In this document: positions 1-8,999 of the stretch, piece after piece
How the letters are laid out: each line of letters begins with the position of its first letter
How positions within the stretch are numbered: the stretch's first letter is position 1
From: Xanthobacteraceae bacterium
Lineage (GTDB): Bacteria > Pseudomonadota > Alphaproteobacteria > Rhizobiales > Xanthobacteraceae
Assembly (NCBI GenBank): GCA_041397365.1
Contig: JAWKWT010000012.1
Span: forward strand, 25,165 to 89,164
DNA length: 64,000 nt
Reading direction: 5' to 3'
Made by a program: the position numbers and the translations under genes
Notes under the pieces: generated by a model
Told to the model about the DNA's origin: nothing
Databases searched by the model: none
The model's input: the letters and a program-made list of their open reading frames with translations, nothing else

Positions 1-446
1 CAGTAGCGCGCGCGCTCGATCGCCTCGCGCTCGGCGCTGGCGAAGCCGGGTGCGCCGATCAGGCCGAGAAATGTCATGCCGGAGGCGCGCATCAGCGTGT
101 TGTGCTGCGCCACCAGCAGGTTTTCCAGCAGCGTCATGCCGGCGAACAGGCGGATGTTCTGGAAGGTGCGGGCGACTTTCGCCAGTTTCGAAATGCGATA
201 GTCGAACAGCCGTTCGAGCAGGAACGTCTGCCCGTCGGCATGCGTGAGTTGCATCATGCCGGTGGTCGGCTTGTAGAAGCCGGTGATGCAGTTGAACGCC
301 GTGGTTTTGCCCGCGCCGTTCGGGCCGATGATCGCGGTGATCTTTCCGCGGCCGGCCGAAAAGCTCATGTCGCCGATAGCGACAATGCCGCCGAAGCGCA
401 TCGACAGATGCGTGACCTCAAGGATGTTGTCGGCGGCGTCCGTCAT
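1..446 (-). CDS. livG: branched-chain amino acid ABC transporter ATP-binding protein (N-terminal part; 3' end lies beyond the window)
   Basis: Truncated, so absent from the ORF track. Reverse translation from ATG 446..444 gives [60 protein letters not shown] (Walker A GPNGAGKT). ATGA start/stop overlap with livM. Confidence 0.85.
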   Translation of the reverse strand, partial: MTDAADNILEVTHLSMRFGGIVAIGDMSFSAGRGKITAIIGPNGAGKTTAFNCITGFYKPTTGMMQLTHADGQTFLLERLFDYRISKLAKVARTFQNIRLFAGMTLLENLLVAQHNTLMRASGMTFLGLIGAPGFASAEREAIERARY

Positions 447-1776
447 CCGTGCCCCTCCTTGACGAGGGAGGAGGAGATCGTCGTCCTGGTGTCGTGAAGA
501 AAGACGGTCGGCGCGCGGTGTCCGATCAGGCCGCGCGGACGCCAGACCATCAGCAGCACCATCGCCATGCCGAACACCATCATGCGGTATTGTTCGAGGC
601 CCCGGAACAGTTCGGCGCCACCGACCATCGCCACCGCCGCCAGCACCACGCCGAGCTGCGAGCCCATGCCGCCGAGCACGACGATGGCGAGGATCAGCGC
701 GGATTCGAGGAAGGAGAAGGATTCGGGGCTGATGAAGCCTTGCCGGGTGGCGAAGAACGAGCCCGCGAAACCGCCGAACATCGCGCCGACGGCGAGGCGG
801 TCAGCTTCGTCGTGGTGGTGTTGATGCCGAGCGAGCGGCAGGCGATCTCGTCCTCGCGCAACGCCTCCCAGGCGCGTCCGATCGGCAGGCGGCGCAGGCG
901 GATGGTCGCCCAGTTGGTCAAGAGCGCCAATGCGAGAATGATGTAGAACAGAAACACGATACGATGCGTCGACGAGAATTCGAGGCCGAATCGCGCGGCG
1001 AAGCCCTCGTCGGACGCATCGAACGGAAGGCCGAAGAAGGAGGGGCGCGGAATGCCGCTGATGCCGTTCGGCCCGCCGGTGACGTTCGACCAGTTGATGA
1101 GGACGAGACGGATGATCTCCCCAAAGGCCAGCGTCACGATCGCCAGATAGTCGCCGCGCAGGCGCAGCACCGGGAAGCCCAGCAGGATGCCGCAGAACGC
1201 GGCGAGAATGCCGGCCAACGGCAGGCAGATCCAGAACGACAGATCGAAGGTGGTCGCCAGCAGCGCATAGGAATAAGCGCCGACCGCATAGAAGGCGACG
1301 TAACCGAGGTCGAGCAGGCCGGCGAGACCGACGACGATGTTCAGCCCCCAGCCGAGCATGACATAGGTCAGCACCAGAATGCCTAGATCGAGGATGTAGC
1401 GCTGATCGTAGAAGATCACCGGCATCAAGAGCGTGAAGCCGAGCAGCGCCGGGCCGATCCACTGTCCGAGCGCCGCCAGCGGGCGTTCGAGCGAGGCCGG
1501 AACGAGACTCGCCGGCTCGACATGGCGAAAGCGGTGGCGCAGCAGCTCGATCAGGATGCTGCCGCCGAACACCGCCGCGACCACGGCCGCGAGCTGGCCG
1601 AAGCGCGTCCAGTAGATCAGTTGCGCCGACGGTCCGGCATCGGTGCGGATGCCGATCATCAGCACGAACAGGAAGAACGCGACCAGCGCGCTGATGCCGG
1701 CCTTTTTCAGGATGAAGGCCGCGCGCGGCGCGGCGGCGGACGAGGCCGGGGCGGGCGCGGTCGCGTCGCTCGCCAT
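443..1776 (-). pseudogene. livM: branched-chain amino acid ABC permease LivM, frame broken by an apparent 1-nt deletion near 795
   Basis: The N-terminal ~330 aa are in ORF 694..1776 (...[20 protein letters not shown]). The C-terminal part is in the frame of ORF 443..1462 ([28 protein letters not shown]...WRPRGLIG). The junction accgcc-tcgccgtc lacks one T of the expected TAFAVGA. Confidence 0.8.
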
Positions 1777-2690
1777 CAGACTTTCTCGATCTCGGGACGG
1801 CCGAGAATGCCGGTCGGCATGAAGATCAGCACCACGATCAGGATCGAGAACGCCGCGACGTCCTTGTACTCGACCGAGAAATAGGCCGACCAGAACGTCT
1901 CGATCAGCCCGATCGCGAGGCCGCCCAGCATCGCTCCGGGCAGCGAGCCGATGCCGCCCAGCACCGCCGCGGTAAAGGCTTTGATGCCGGCGATGAACCC
2001 CATGTAGAAATCGACGACGCCGTAATAGAGCAGGTACATCAGCCCGGCGACGGCGGCGAGCGCAGCCCCGATCACGAAGGTCATCGAGATGGTGCGGTCG
2101 GTGTCGACGCCGAGCAGCGCGGCCATCGTCTTGTCCTGTTCGCAGGCGCGCATGTCGCGGCCGAACCGCGTCTTCGCCACCAGGAACGAGAACAGCGTCA
2201 GCAGAACGATCGTTGTGACGACGACGATGATCTGCACGTTGGAGAGCTGCACCGCGAAATTGTTTCGCTCCAGCAGCGTGTAGCCGCCGCTGACGATCGG
2301 TGGCACCGCCTTGACCTGCGCGCCTTGCGACACCTGCGCGAAATTGCCGAGCACGAACGACATCCCGATCGCCGACAGCATCGGCGCGAGGCGGAACGAC
2401 TGGCGGAGCGGGCGGTAGGCGATGCGCTCCACCGTCCAGCCGTAAAGCGCGGTCGTTGCCATCGCCACCAGCAGCACCAGCAGCAGGATGAGAGGCACCG
2501 AGGTCAGGCCGATCGATACCAGAACGAGAAACGCGATCAGGGAGATGAACCCGCCGATCATGAAGATGTCGCCATGGGCGAAATTAATCATGCCGACGAT
2601 GCCGTAGACCATCGTGTAGCCGATGGCGATCAGGCCGTAGATGGAGCCGAGCGCAATGCCGTTGATGAGCTGCTGAGCAAAATATTCCAT
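1776..2690 (-). CDS. livH: branched-chain amino acid ABC permease LivH
   Basis: [41 protein letters not shown]... is the typical LivH N-terminus. Start taken at ATG 2690 rather than ORF start 2789. ATGA overlap with livM. Confidence 0.9.
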   Translation of the reverse strand: MEYFAQQLINGIALGSIYGLIAIGYTMVYGIVGMINFAHGDIFMIGGFISLIAFLVLVSIGLTSVPLILLLVLLVAMATTALYGWTVERIAYRPLRQSFRLAPMLSAIGMSFVLGNFAQVSQGAQVKAVPPIVSGGYTLLERNNFAVQLSNVQIIVVVTTIVLLTLFSFLVAKTRFGRDMRACEQDKTMAALLGVDTDRTISMTFVIGAALAAVAGLMYLLYYGVVDFYMGFIAGIKAFTAAVLGGIGSLPGAMLGGLAIGLIETFWSAYFSVEYKDVAAFSILIVVLIFMPTGILGRPEIEKV

Positions 2691-2947
2691 GCGCCGCCGC
2701 GAAACCGATCCGGCAGTCGCGACCGCGCCGCCTGTAAACTGGTAGCAGCGGGAACCGGCAGCGGCAACCGGGGCAGGGGACCGGCGCATTGCTGTCCACG
2801 GTCATCATGACGCGGCGGCGGACGGTTCCGCCGCCATGCGGCGGCCGCCGCTTCGCCGCAGGAATACCTCGCCGGAACTCGCGCTTTCATGCAACCCGGA
2901 CGCCAGGACTGGCGTTGAATGGATGTTCACTCAAACAGGAGTTGGTC

Positions 2948-3103
2948 ATGAACCAGCAGAATCAGCAGAACCAAAATCCGAATCAGAATCCGAACCAGAA
3001 GCCCGGTCAGCAGCAGCAGGGCGGTGGTCAAAAGCCCGGTCAGCAGCAGCAGGACCAGAGCAAACCCGGTCAGCAGGGCCAGCATCGGCCGGACCAGAAG
3101 TGA
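2948..3103 (+). CDS. 51-aa Gln/Asn/Pro-rich low-complexity small protein
   Basis: MNQQNQQNQNPNQNPNQKPGQQQQGGGQKPGQQQQDQSKPGQQGQHRPDQK. AGGAG lies 8 nt upstream of ATG 2948 and a hairpin terminator follows. Confidence 0.55.
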   Translation: MNQQNQQNQNPNQNPNQKPGQQQQGGGQKPGQQQQDQSKPGQQGQHRPDQK

Positions 3104-3153
3104 TCGGAGCGGTCCGACGCGCCTTATAATATGGAGAATCGGACCCGACAGAG

Positions 3154-3175
3154 GCCCCGCGCGAGCGGGGCTTTT
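3154..3175 (+). terminator. rho-independent terminator
   Basis: gccccgc-gcga-gcggggc followed by tttt. Confidence 0.7.
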
Positions 3176-3311
3176 GCCGTTTCGCGGCCGGTCTCCGGAG
3201 TTTGCGATTTGCAACGAAACGCAGAAATCCGGGGGTATTAAGGTAAACGAATGGTTTAAATTGCGCGGCCAATTCGCTCCGCGTTAGCTCGCCGTCTTGA
3301 ACGGGACGGCG

Positions 3312-3809
3312 ATGATGGCGAACGGCTGGCGCATTACGACTTTCAACGGCCTCCTGCTGGCGGTCTATTTTGTGCCGGTGTGGATGTCGGCGCTGTTGAA
3401 GATCGTGATCTTTCCGCTGCGCGGCATCTATGACCGGGCGAATATCGGCCCGGCAATGTTCGCCAACGACTATTTCGCTTTCACGACACTCGGCATGGTG
3501 CGGTTCGCCTGGCTGCTCGCACTCGCGAAATTTCTGGTCGTGACCTATTTCGCGCTGTTCGCGGTTCTGTCGCTCGGCCTGTCGCGGCGGGAGTCGGGCG
3601 CGAGCGACGAGCCGCTCGCCTTCGCGCTGGCGGTCGGGGGGCTCGTGAGCGGCGTCAGCATGATTCTGGCGGCGAAGGTCGGCGAGACGGCGGCGATGCA
3701 GTTGCACGCGACCGAGACGCTGATGCTTGTATCGGGCCTCGTTCTGCTGGTGGTCGATTCGCGCAGCTACGGCGTGCCGCGGCGTGTGCCCGCGCAGCAG
3801 CCGGCCTGA
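3312..3809 (+). CDS. hypothetical polytopic membrane protein
   Basis: ORF 3297..3809 has several hydrophobic helices (LLLAVYFVPVWMSALLKIVIF, FAWLLALAKFLVVTYFALFAVL, LMLVSGLVLLVV). First ATG is at 3312; the TTG at 3297 is also possible. Confidence 0.6.
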   Translation: MMANGWRITTFNGLLLAVYFVPVWMSALLKIVIFPLRGIYDRANIGPAMFANDYFAFTTLGMVRFAWLLALAKFLVVTYFALFAVLSLGLSRRESGASDEPLAFALAVGGLVSGVSMILAAKVGETAAMQLHATETLMLVSGLVLLVVDSRSYGVPRRVPAQQPA

Positions 3810-3932
3810 GCCGCGGGGCGAGGCCGCCCTCTCCACTTGATGACTTTGCAACCGGCCCGGTCTGCTCTAATCATGGAGGCGACGCATGCGGCCCTTGCTG
3901 CCGGCGCGTCCAAGACGTTGGAGGGTCTTCCC

Positions 3933-4388
3933 ATGGCGATGACGATGAGCGGCGCGTATCAGTTGAGCGCGCCCCGCGAGGTGGTGTGGGCGAAACTCAA
4001 CGACGCCGAGGTGCTGAAAGCCTGCATTCCGGGCTGCGAGGAACTTGAGAAGGTTTCGGACACCGAATTCCGCGCCGTCGCCAAGATGAAGGTCGGGCCG
4101 GTGTCGGCGCGCTTCAAAGGCCGCGTCACGCTCAGTGAACTCGATCCGCCGAACGGCTACAAGATCGCCGGCGAAGGCGAGGGCGGCGTCGCCGGCTTCG
4201 CCAAGGGCGGCGCGACCGTGGCGCTGGCCGAACAGGATGGCGGCACCGCGCTCACCTATAATGTCGAGGCGCAGATCGGCGGCAAGCTGGCGCAGCTCGG
4301 CCAACGGCTCATCAATGGCTCCGCCAAGAAGCTGGCGGACGAATTCTTCTCCAATTTCGCCGACGCCGTGCAAGGCAAGCAACCGTGA
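3933..4388 (+). CDS. coxG: CoxG/SRPBCC family carbon-monoxide-dehydrogenase subunit G-like protein
   Basis: MAMTMSGAYQLSAPREVVWAKLNDAEVLKACIPGCEELEKVSDTEF...GGKLAQLGQRLINGSAKKLADEFF. GGAGGG lies before ATG 3933. Confidence 0.8.
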   Translation: MAMTMSGAYQLSAPREVVWAKLNDAEVLKACIPGCEELEKVSDTEFRAVAKMKVGPVSARFKGRVTLSELDPPNGYKIAGEGEGGVAGFAKGGATVALAEQDGGTALTYNVEAQIGGKLAQLGQRLINGSAKKLADEFFSNFADAVQGKQP

Positions 4389-4501
4389 CCCGCGGTTGCT
4401 AGGGACCGAATTGCTCCCTATCATACGCTTTAGATCGTTTCCAAAACCCGGATTGCCGGGCGATCAATTGCCGTGCCGTAAGCATCGCAGGAGGAAATTG
4501 G

Positions 4502-4981
4502 GTGGCGAAAGTTTCGATAACCGTCAACGGAACGGCGCATTCGGCGAACATCGATCCGCGGATGCTGTTGGTTCAATTCCTGCGTGAAAACCTGCGCCTG
4601 ACCGGCACCCATGTCGGCTGCGACACCTCGCAATGCGGCGCGTGCGTGGTTCACCTGAACGGCCGGGCGGTGAAATCCTGCACCACGCTGGCGGTGATGG
4701 CCGATGGAGCGGAGGTCCTGACGATCGAAGGGCTCGCCGCCGATGGCGCGCCGCTGCATCCGATGCAGGAGGCGTTTCGCGAAAATCACGGCCTGCAATG
4801 CGGCTTCTGCACGCCGGGCATGATTATGACCGCCGTGGATATGGTCAAGCGCAAGGGGCACGATCTCGACGATCACACCATTCGCGAGGAGCTGGAGGGC
4901 AATCTCTGTCGCTGCACCGGCTATCACAACATCGTCAAATCGATCGCGGCCGGCGCGAAGGCGATGGGACAGACGGCGTAG
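4502..4981 (+). CDS. coxS: molybdenum hydroxylase small subunit, [2Fe-2S]-binding (CoxS-like)
   Basis: Two Fe-S cysteine motifs: [11 protein letters not shown] and CGFCTPG...CRCTGY. GTG start after AGGAGG. Confidence 0.9.
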   Translation: MAKVSITVNGTAHSANIDPRMLLVQFLRENLRLTGTHVGCDTSQCGACVVHLNGRAVKSCTTLAVMADGAEVLTIEGLAADGAPLHPMQEAFRENHGLQCGFCTPGMIMTAVDMVKRKGHDLDDHTIREELEGNLCRCTGYHNIVKSIAAGAKAMGQTA

Positions 4982-4997
4982 GTTCGGGGATACGACG

Positions 4998-5798
4998 ATG
5001 TACGAATTCAAGTTTGTCCGTCCCGGCACGGTTCGTCAGGCCGCCAATCTTCTCGCCAAGAGCGAGGACGCCAAGCTGATCGCGGGTGGTCATACGCTGG
5101 TGCCGGTGATGAAGCAGCGGCTGGCGCGGCCGACGCAGCTCGTCGATCTGTCGAAGATCGAGGGGCTCGACACGATCGAGATGAAGGGCCGCGCGCTGGT
5201 GATCGGGGCGATGGCGCGGCATGTCAGCGTCGCCAACTCCGATGTGGTGAAGGCGAACATTCCGGCGCTCGCCCATCTCGCCTCGCTGATCGGCGATCCG
5301 GCCGTCCGCCATATGGGCACGATCGGCGGCTCGCTCGCCAACAACGATCCGACCGCGGATTACCCGGCCGCCGTGCTGGCGCTGGACGCGACCATCGTCA
5401 CCAACAAGCGCAAGCTGAAGCCCGAGGAATTCTTTCAGGGCCTGTTCACGACGGCGCTGGAGCCTGACGAGATCATCGTCCGCGTGCAATTCCCGCTGCC
5501 GAAGAAGGCGGCCTACGTCAAATTCCGCAATCAGGCTTCGCGCTATGCTCTGGTCGGCGTGTTCGTCGCGCGCCGCCCGTCCGAGGTGCGCGTCGCGGTG
5601 ACGGGCGCTGGCGGCGACGGCGTGTTCCGCGTGCCCGAATTCGAGGAGGCGCTGAAGAAACGTTTCTCGCCAAAGGCGCTCGACGGTCTCGCCGTTTCGC
5701 CCGACGGGCTGAACAGCGACCTGCATGGCAGCGCCGAATATCGCGCGCATCTGATTGGCGTTCTCGCGCGCCGCGCCGTCGAAGCGGCGAACGCTTGA
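4998..5798 (+). CDS. coxM: molybdenum hydroxylase medium subunit, FAD-binding (CoxM-like)
   Basis: LIAGGHTLVPVMKQRLARP and GTIGGSLANNDPTADYP are motifs of the FAD-binding PCMH domain of CO/xanthine dehydrogenase medium subunits. Confidence 0.9.
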   Translation: MYEFKFVRPGTVRQAANLLAKSEDAKLIAGGHTLVPVMKQRLARPTQLVDLSKIEGLDTIEMKGRALVIGAMARHVSVANSDVVKANIPALAHLASLIGDPAVRHMGTIGGSLANNDPTADYPAAVLALDATIVTNKRKLKPEEFFQGLFTTALEPDEIIVRVQFPLPKKAAYVKFRNQASRYALVGVFVARRPSEVRVAVTGAGGDGVFRVPEFEEALKKRFSPKALDGLAVSPDGLNSDLHGSAEYRAHLIGVLARRAVEAANA

Positions 5799-5826
5799 GC
5801 AGGCCCGGCACGGATCGGGGGCTGCC

Positions 5827-6741
5827 ATGACCACCATTGCGATCCCGGATTCGGTCGATGCGACGCTCGAACTGCTTCTGAGCCATGGCTATCTCGCCGA
5901 GCGCGCGCTTGCGACCGTCACGTTTCTGTCGCTGAAGATGGGGCGGCCGCTGTTCCTGGAAGGCGAGGCCGGCGTCGGCAAGACCGAAATCGCCAAGGTG
6001 CTGGCGACGGCGCTCGGACGCAAGCTGATCCGCCTGCAATGCTATGAAGGGCTCGACGTCTCGTCCGCCGTCTATGAGTGGAATTCCGCCGCGCAGATGA
6101 TCGCGATCCGCCTTGCGGAAGCCTCCGGCGAAACCGATCGCGAGCGCCTGTCGCAGGACGTGTTTTCCGAGCAGTTCCTCATCAAGCGGCCGCTGTTGCA
6201 GGCGCTCGAAGCGGATGTCGCCGGTCCGCCGGTACTGCTGATCGACGAACTCGACCGTGCCGACGAGGCGTTCGAGGCCTTCCTTTTGGAAATCCTCTCG
6301 GACTTTCAGGTGACGATCCCGGAGTTCGGCACGGTGAAGGCTCAGAAGCCGCCGATCGTCATCGTCACCTCCAACCGCACGCGCGAAATTCACGACGCGC
6401 TGAAGCGGCGCTGCCTCTATCACTGGGTGGATTATCCGTCCGCCGAGCGCGAGATCGCCATCGTCAAATCGCGCGTCTCCGGAATCTCCGCGAAATTGTC
6501 GGAGCAGGTGGTCGCCTTCGTTCAAGCATTGCGCGGAGAAGATCTGTTCAAGCCGCCGGGCGTCGCCGAAACCTTGGACTGGGCTACGGCCCTGCGCGAA
6601 CTCGATGCGAAAACGCTGACGCCGCAGGTGGTCGGCGATTCGCTCGGCGCGCTGTTGAAATATCAGGACGACATCGCCCGCATGCAGGGCGACACGCTGG
6701 CGAAAACGCTGGAAACGGCGACCTCGACCAAAACAAGATAG
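5827..6741 (+). CDS. coxD: MoxR-type AAA+ ATPase (CoxD-like)
   Basis: Walker A GEAGVGKT and Walker B LLIDELDRA. Start taken at ATG 5827 (MTTIAIPDSV) within ORF 5755..6741. Confidence 0.88.
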   Translation: MTTIAIPDSVDATLELLLSHGYLAERALATVTFLSLKMGRPLFLEGEAGVGKTEIAKVLATALGRKLIRLQCYEGLDVSSAVYEWNSAAQMIAIRLAEASGETDRERLSQDVFSEQFLIKRPLLQALEADVAGPPVLLIDELDRADEAFEAFLLEILSDFQVTIPEFGTVKAQKPPIVIVTSNRTREIHDALKRRCLYHWVDYPSAEREIAIVKSRVSGISAKLSEQVVAFVQALRGEDLFKPPGVAETLDWATALRELDAKTLTPQVVGDSLGALLKYQDDIARMQGDTLAKTLETATSTKTR

Positions 6742-6819
6742 GCCGCGCATGCCTGACGGCGTCGCAGAACCGCAACCAAGGGCGCCATCGCCGACAACAT
6801 CATCGGCTTTGCGCGGGCG

Positions 6820-7950
6820 TTGCGCGCGGCCGGCCTGCCTGTCGGTCCCGGTGCGACGATCGACGCCTTGAAGGCGCTGGAAGTGGTCGGCCTCGACAAT
6901 CGCGCCGATGTGTTCGCGGCGCTGGAGAGCGTGTTCGTCAAGCGCCACGAGCATGCGGCGATCTTCGCGCAGGCGTTCGACCTGTTCTTCCGCGTCGAGC
7001 AGAACTGGGACCAACTCGTCGACGCCGTGCCGTTGCCGGGCCAGCCCGAGCAGAAGCCGCCGCCGCCCGCCTCGCGCCGCGTGCAGGAGGCGCTGTCGCA
7101 GCGCGACCTGGTGCAGGAGCGCGAGACCTCGGCGCGCGAAATGCAGCTTTCCGTCTCCGACGAGGAAGTCTTGCAGAGCAAAGACTTCGCGCAGATGAGC
7201 GCGGCGGAGATCGACGAGGTGAAGCGCGCGATCCAGCGCATGACGCTGCCGCTGGCGGAGCGGCCGACGCGTCGCTTCCAGCCTTTGCGGACGGGCCACA
7301 AACTCGATCTGCGGCGCACGCTGCGCGGCAGTCTTCGCACCGGCGGCGAGATCGTCAACCTGCATCGGCTGGGTCACATCGACAAGCCGGTGCCGATCGT
7401 CGCGCTGCTCGATATTTCCGGCTCGATGAGCGAATACACGCGGCTGTTCCTGCATTTCCTGCATGCAGTGACGGACGCCCGCAAGCGCGTCTCGGTGTTT
7501 CTGTTCGGCACGCGGCTGACCAACATCACGCGCGCGTTGCGTGCCCGCGATCCGGACGATGCGCTGGCGCGCTGCTCGGCGCTGGTGGAGGACTGGTCCG
7601 GCGGCACGCGCATCGCGCCCTCACTGCATGCGTTCAACAAGCTGTGGGCGCGTCGCGTGCTGGGACAGGGCGCGATCGTGCTGCTGATTACCGACGGGCT
7701 CGAACGCGAGGCCGATGACCGGCTCGGTTTCGAGATGGACCGGCTGCGCAGATCCTGCCGGCGGCTGATCTGGCTGAACCCGCTGCTGCGCTATTCCGGC
7801 TTCGAGCCGAAGGCGCAAGGCATCAAAATGATGCTGCCGCATGTTGACGAATTCCGCACCGTGCACAATCTAAAGTCGATTGGCGACCTGATCGATGCGC
7901 TGTCATCGGCCCCGTCCCGCAATCGCATCGATAACCGCTTCGCAGCCTGA
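6820..7950 (+). CDS. coxE: VWA domain protein (CoxE-like); true 5' end uncertain
   Basis: LLDISGSMSEY is a MIDAS-like motif, and the CoxE family position after MoxR fits. The family-like N-terminus GAIADNIIGFARAL lies in frame upstream of TTG 6820 with no start codon. ATG 6749 is in another frame, so a frameshift near 6778 is possible. Confidence 0.8.
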   Translation: MRAAGLPVGPGATIDALKALEVVGLDNRADVFAALESVFVKRHEHAAIFAQAFDLFFRVEQNWDQLVDAVPLPGQPEQKPPPPASRRVQEALSQRDLVQERETSAREMQLSVSDEEVLQSKDFAQMSAAEIDEVKRAIQRMTLPLAERPTRRFQPLRTGHKLDLRRTLRGSLRTGGEIVNLHRLGHIDKPVPIVALLDISGSMSEYTRLFLHFLHAVTDARKRVSVFLFGTRLTNITRALRARDPDDALARCSALVEDWSGGTRIAPSLHAFNKLWARRVLGQGAIVLLITDGLEREADDRLGFEMDRLRRSCRRLIWLNPLLRYSGFEPKAQGIKMMLPHVDEFRTVHNLKSIGDLIDALSSAPSRNRIDNRFAA

Positions 7951-7962
7951 GGGGAGGCGACC

Positions 7963-8289
7963 ATGCTCAGCCGCGACGACGACATTCTCAAAACCGCCGA
8001 AGACTGGACCAGGGCCGGACACGGCGTCGCCCTGGCGACGGTGGTGCAGACCTGGGGCTCCGCGCCGCGGCCGACCGGCTCGCATCTCGTTATCAACGAC
8101 GAAGGCGCGTTTCTCGGCTCCGTCTCCGGCGGCTGCGTCGAAGGCGCGGTGGTGACGGAGGCGCTGGAGGTGATCGAAAGCGGCGCGCCGAAGATGCTGG
8201 AGTTCGGCGTCGCCGACGAGACGGCGTGGCAGGTCGGCCTGTCCTGCGGCGGCACCATCCGCGTCTTTGTCGAAAAGGTCGGGCCGTGA
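7963..8289 (+). CDS. XdhC/CoxI family protein, N-terminal-domain type
   Basis: ATVVQTWGSAPRPTGSHLVINDEGAFLGSVSGGCVEGAV is the typical XdhC_CoxI domain. Confidence 0.85.
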   Translation: MLSRDDDILKTAEDWTRAGHGVALATVVQTWGSAPRPTGSHLVINDEGAFLGSVSGGCVEGAVVTEALEVIESGAPKMLEFGVADETAWQVGLSCGGTIRVFVEKVGP

Positions 8290-8999
8290 GAACCGAAACG
8301 CTGGCCGCGCTGAATGCGGAGCGCGCCGCGCGACGGCCGGCGCTGCTCGTGACCGACATGGAGAGCGGCGAACAGCGGCTGGTGAAGGCTGCCGACATCG
8401 CGCACGATTCGCTCAGCGGCGAACTCGACAAGCATCTGCGCATGGGCAAGAGCGGCCTGGTCGAGATCGACGGCCGCAACCTGTTCATCACCGTGCATGC
8501 GCCGACCGCGCGGCTGGTGGTGATCGGGGCTGTCCATATCAGTCAGGCGCTGGCGCCGATGGCTAGCGCGCTGGATTACGACGTGACGGTGATCGATCCG
8601 CGCACCGCCTTCGCCAGCCCCGAACGTTTCCCCGACGTGCCGCTGATCGCCGAATGGCCGGAGGTGGCGCTGCCGCCGCTGAATGTCGATCGCTACACGG
8701 CATTCGTCGCGCTCACGCATGATCCGAAGATCGACGATCCGGCGCTGATCCACGCACTGGAGCGGGACTGTTTCTATATCGGTGCGCTCGGATCGCGAAA
8801 GACGCATGGGCGACGGCTGGAACGGCTGAAGCAGCAGGGCCTGTCGGACGCGCAGCTCGCGCGGATTCATGCGCCGATTGGCTTGAATATCGGCGCGGTG
8901 TCGCCGGCTGAGATCGCGGTTTCGATCATCGCCGAGATCACCGCGCAATTGCGTATGCCGAAGACGGTAACCGCTCCTCTTGCGCGGGAGCCGGCATGA
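8286..8999 (+). CDS. XdhC family protein, Rossmann-like C-terminal-domain type
   Basis: RLVVIGAVHISQALAPMASALDYDVTVIDPR...ALTHDPKIDDPAL...YIGALGSRKTH. GTG 8286 overlaps the previous stop (GTGA). Confidence 0.8.
   Translation: MRTETLAALNAERAARRPALLVTDMESGEQRLVKAADIAHDSLSGELDKHLRMGKSGLVEIDGRNLFITVHAPTARLVVIGAVHISQALAPMASALDYDVTVIDPRTAFASPERFPDVPLIAEWPEVALPPLNVDRYTAFVALTHDPKIDDPALIHALERDCFYIGALGSRKTHGRRLERLKQQGLSDAQLARIHAPIGLNIGAVSPAEIAVSIIAEITAQLRMPKTVTAPLAREPA

Noticed and set aside
7963-8999. XdhC split into two ORFs as another frameshift
   Set aside because: The two ORFs correspond exactly to the separate N-terminal and Rossmann-like XdhC domains. They are joined by a GTGA start/stop overlap with no lost sequence, and this two-gene arrangement is plausible as a native state.
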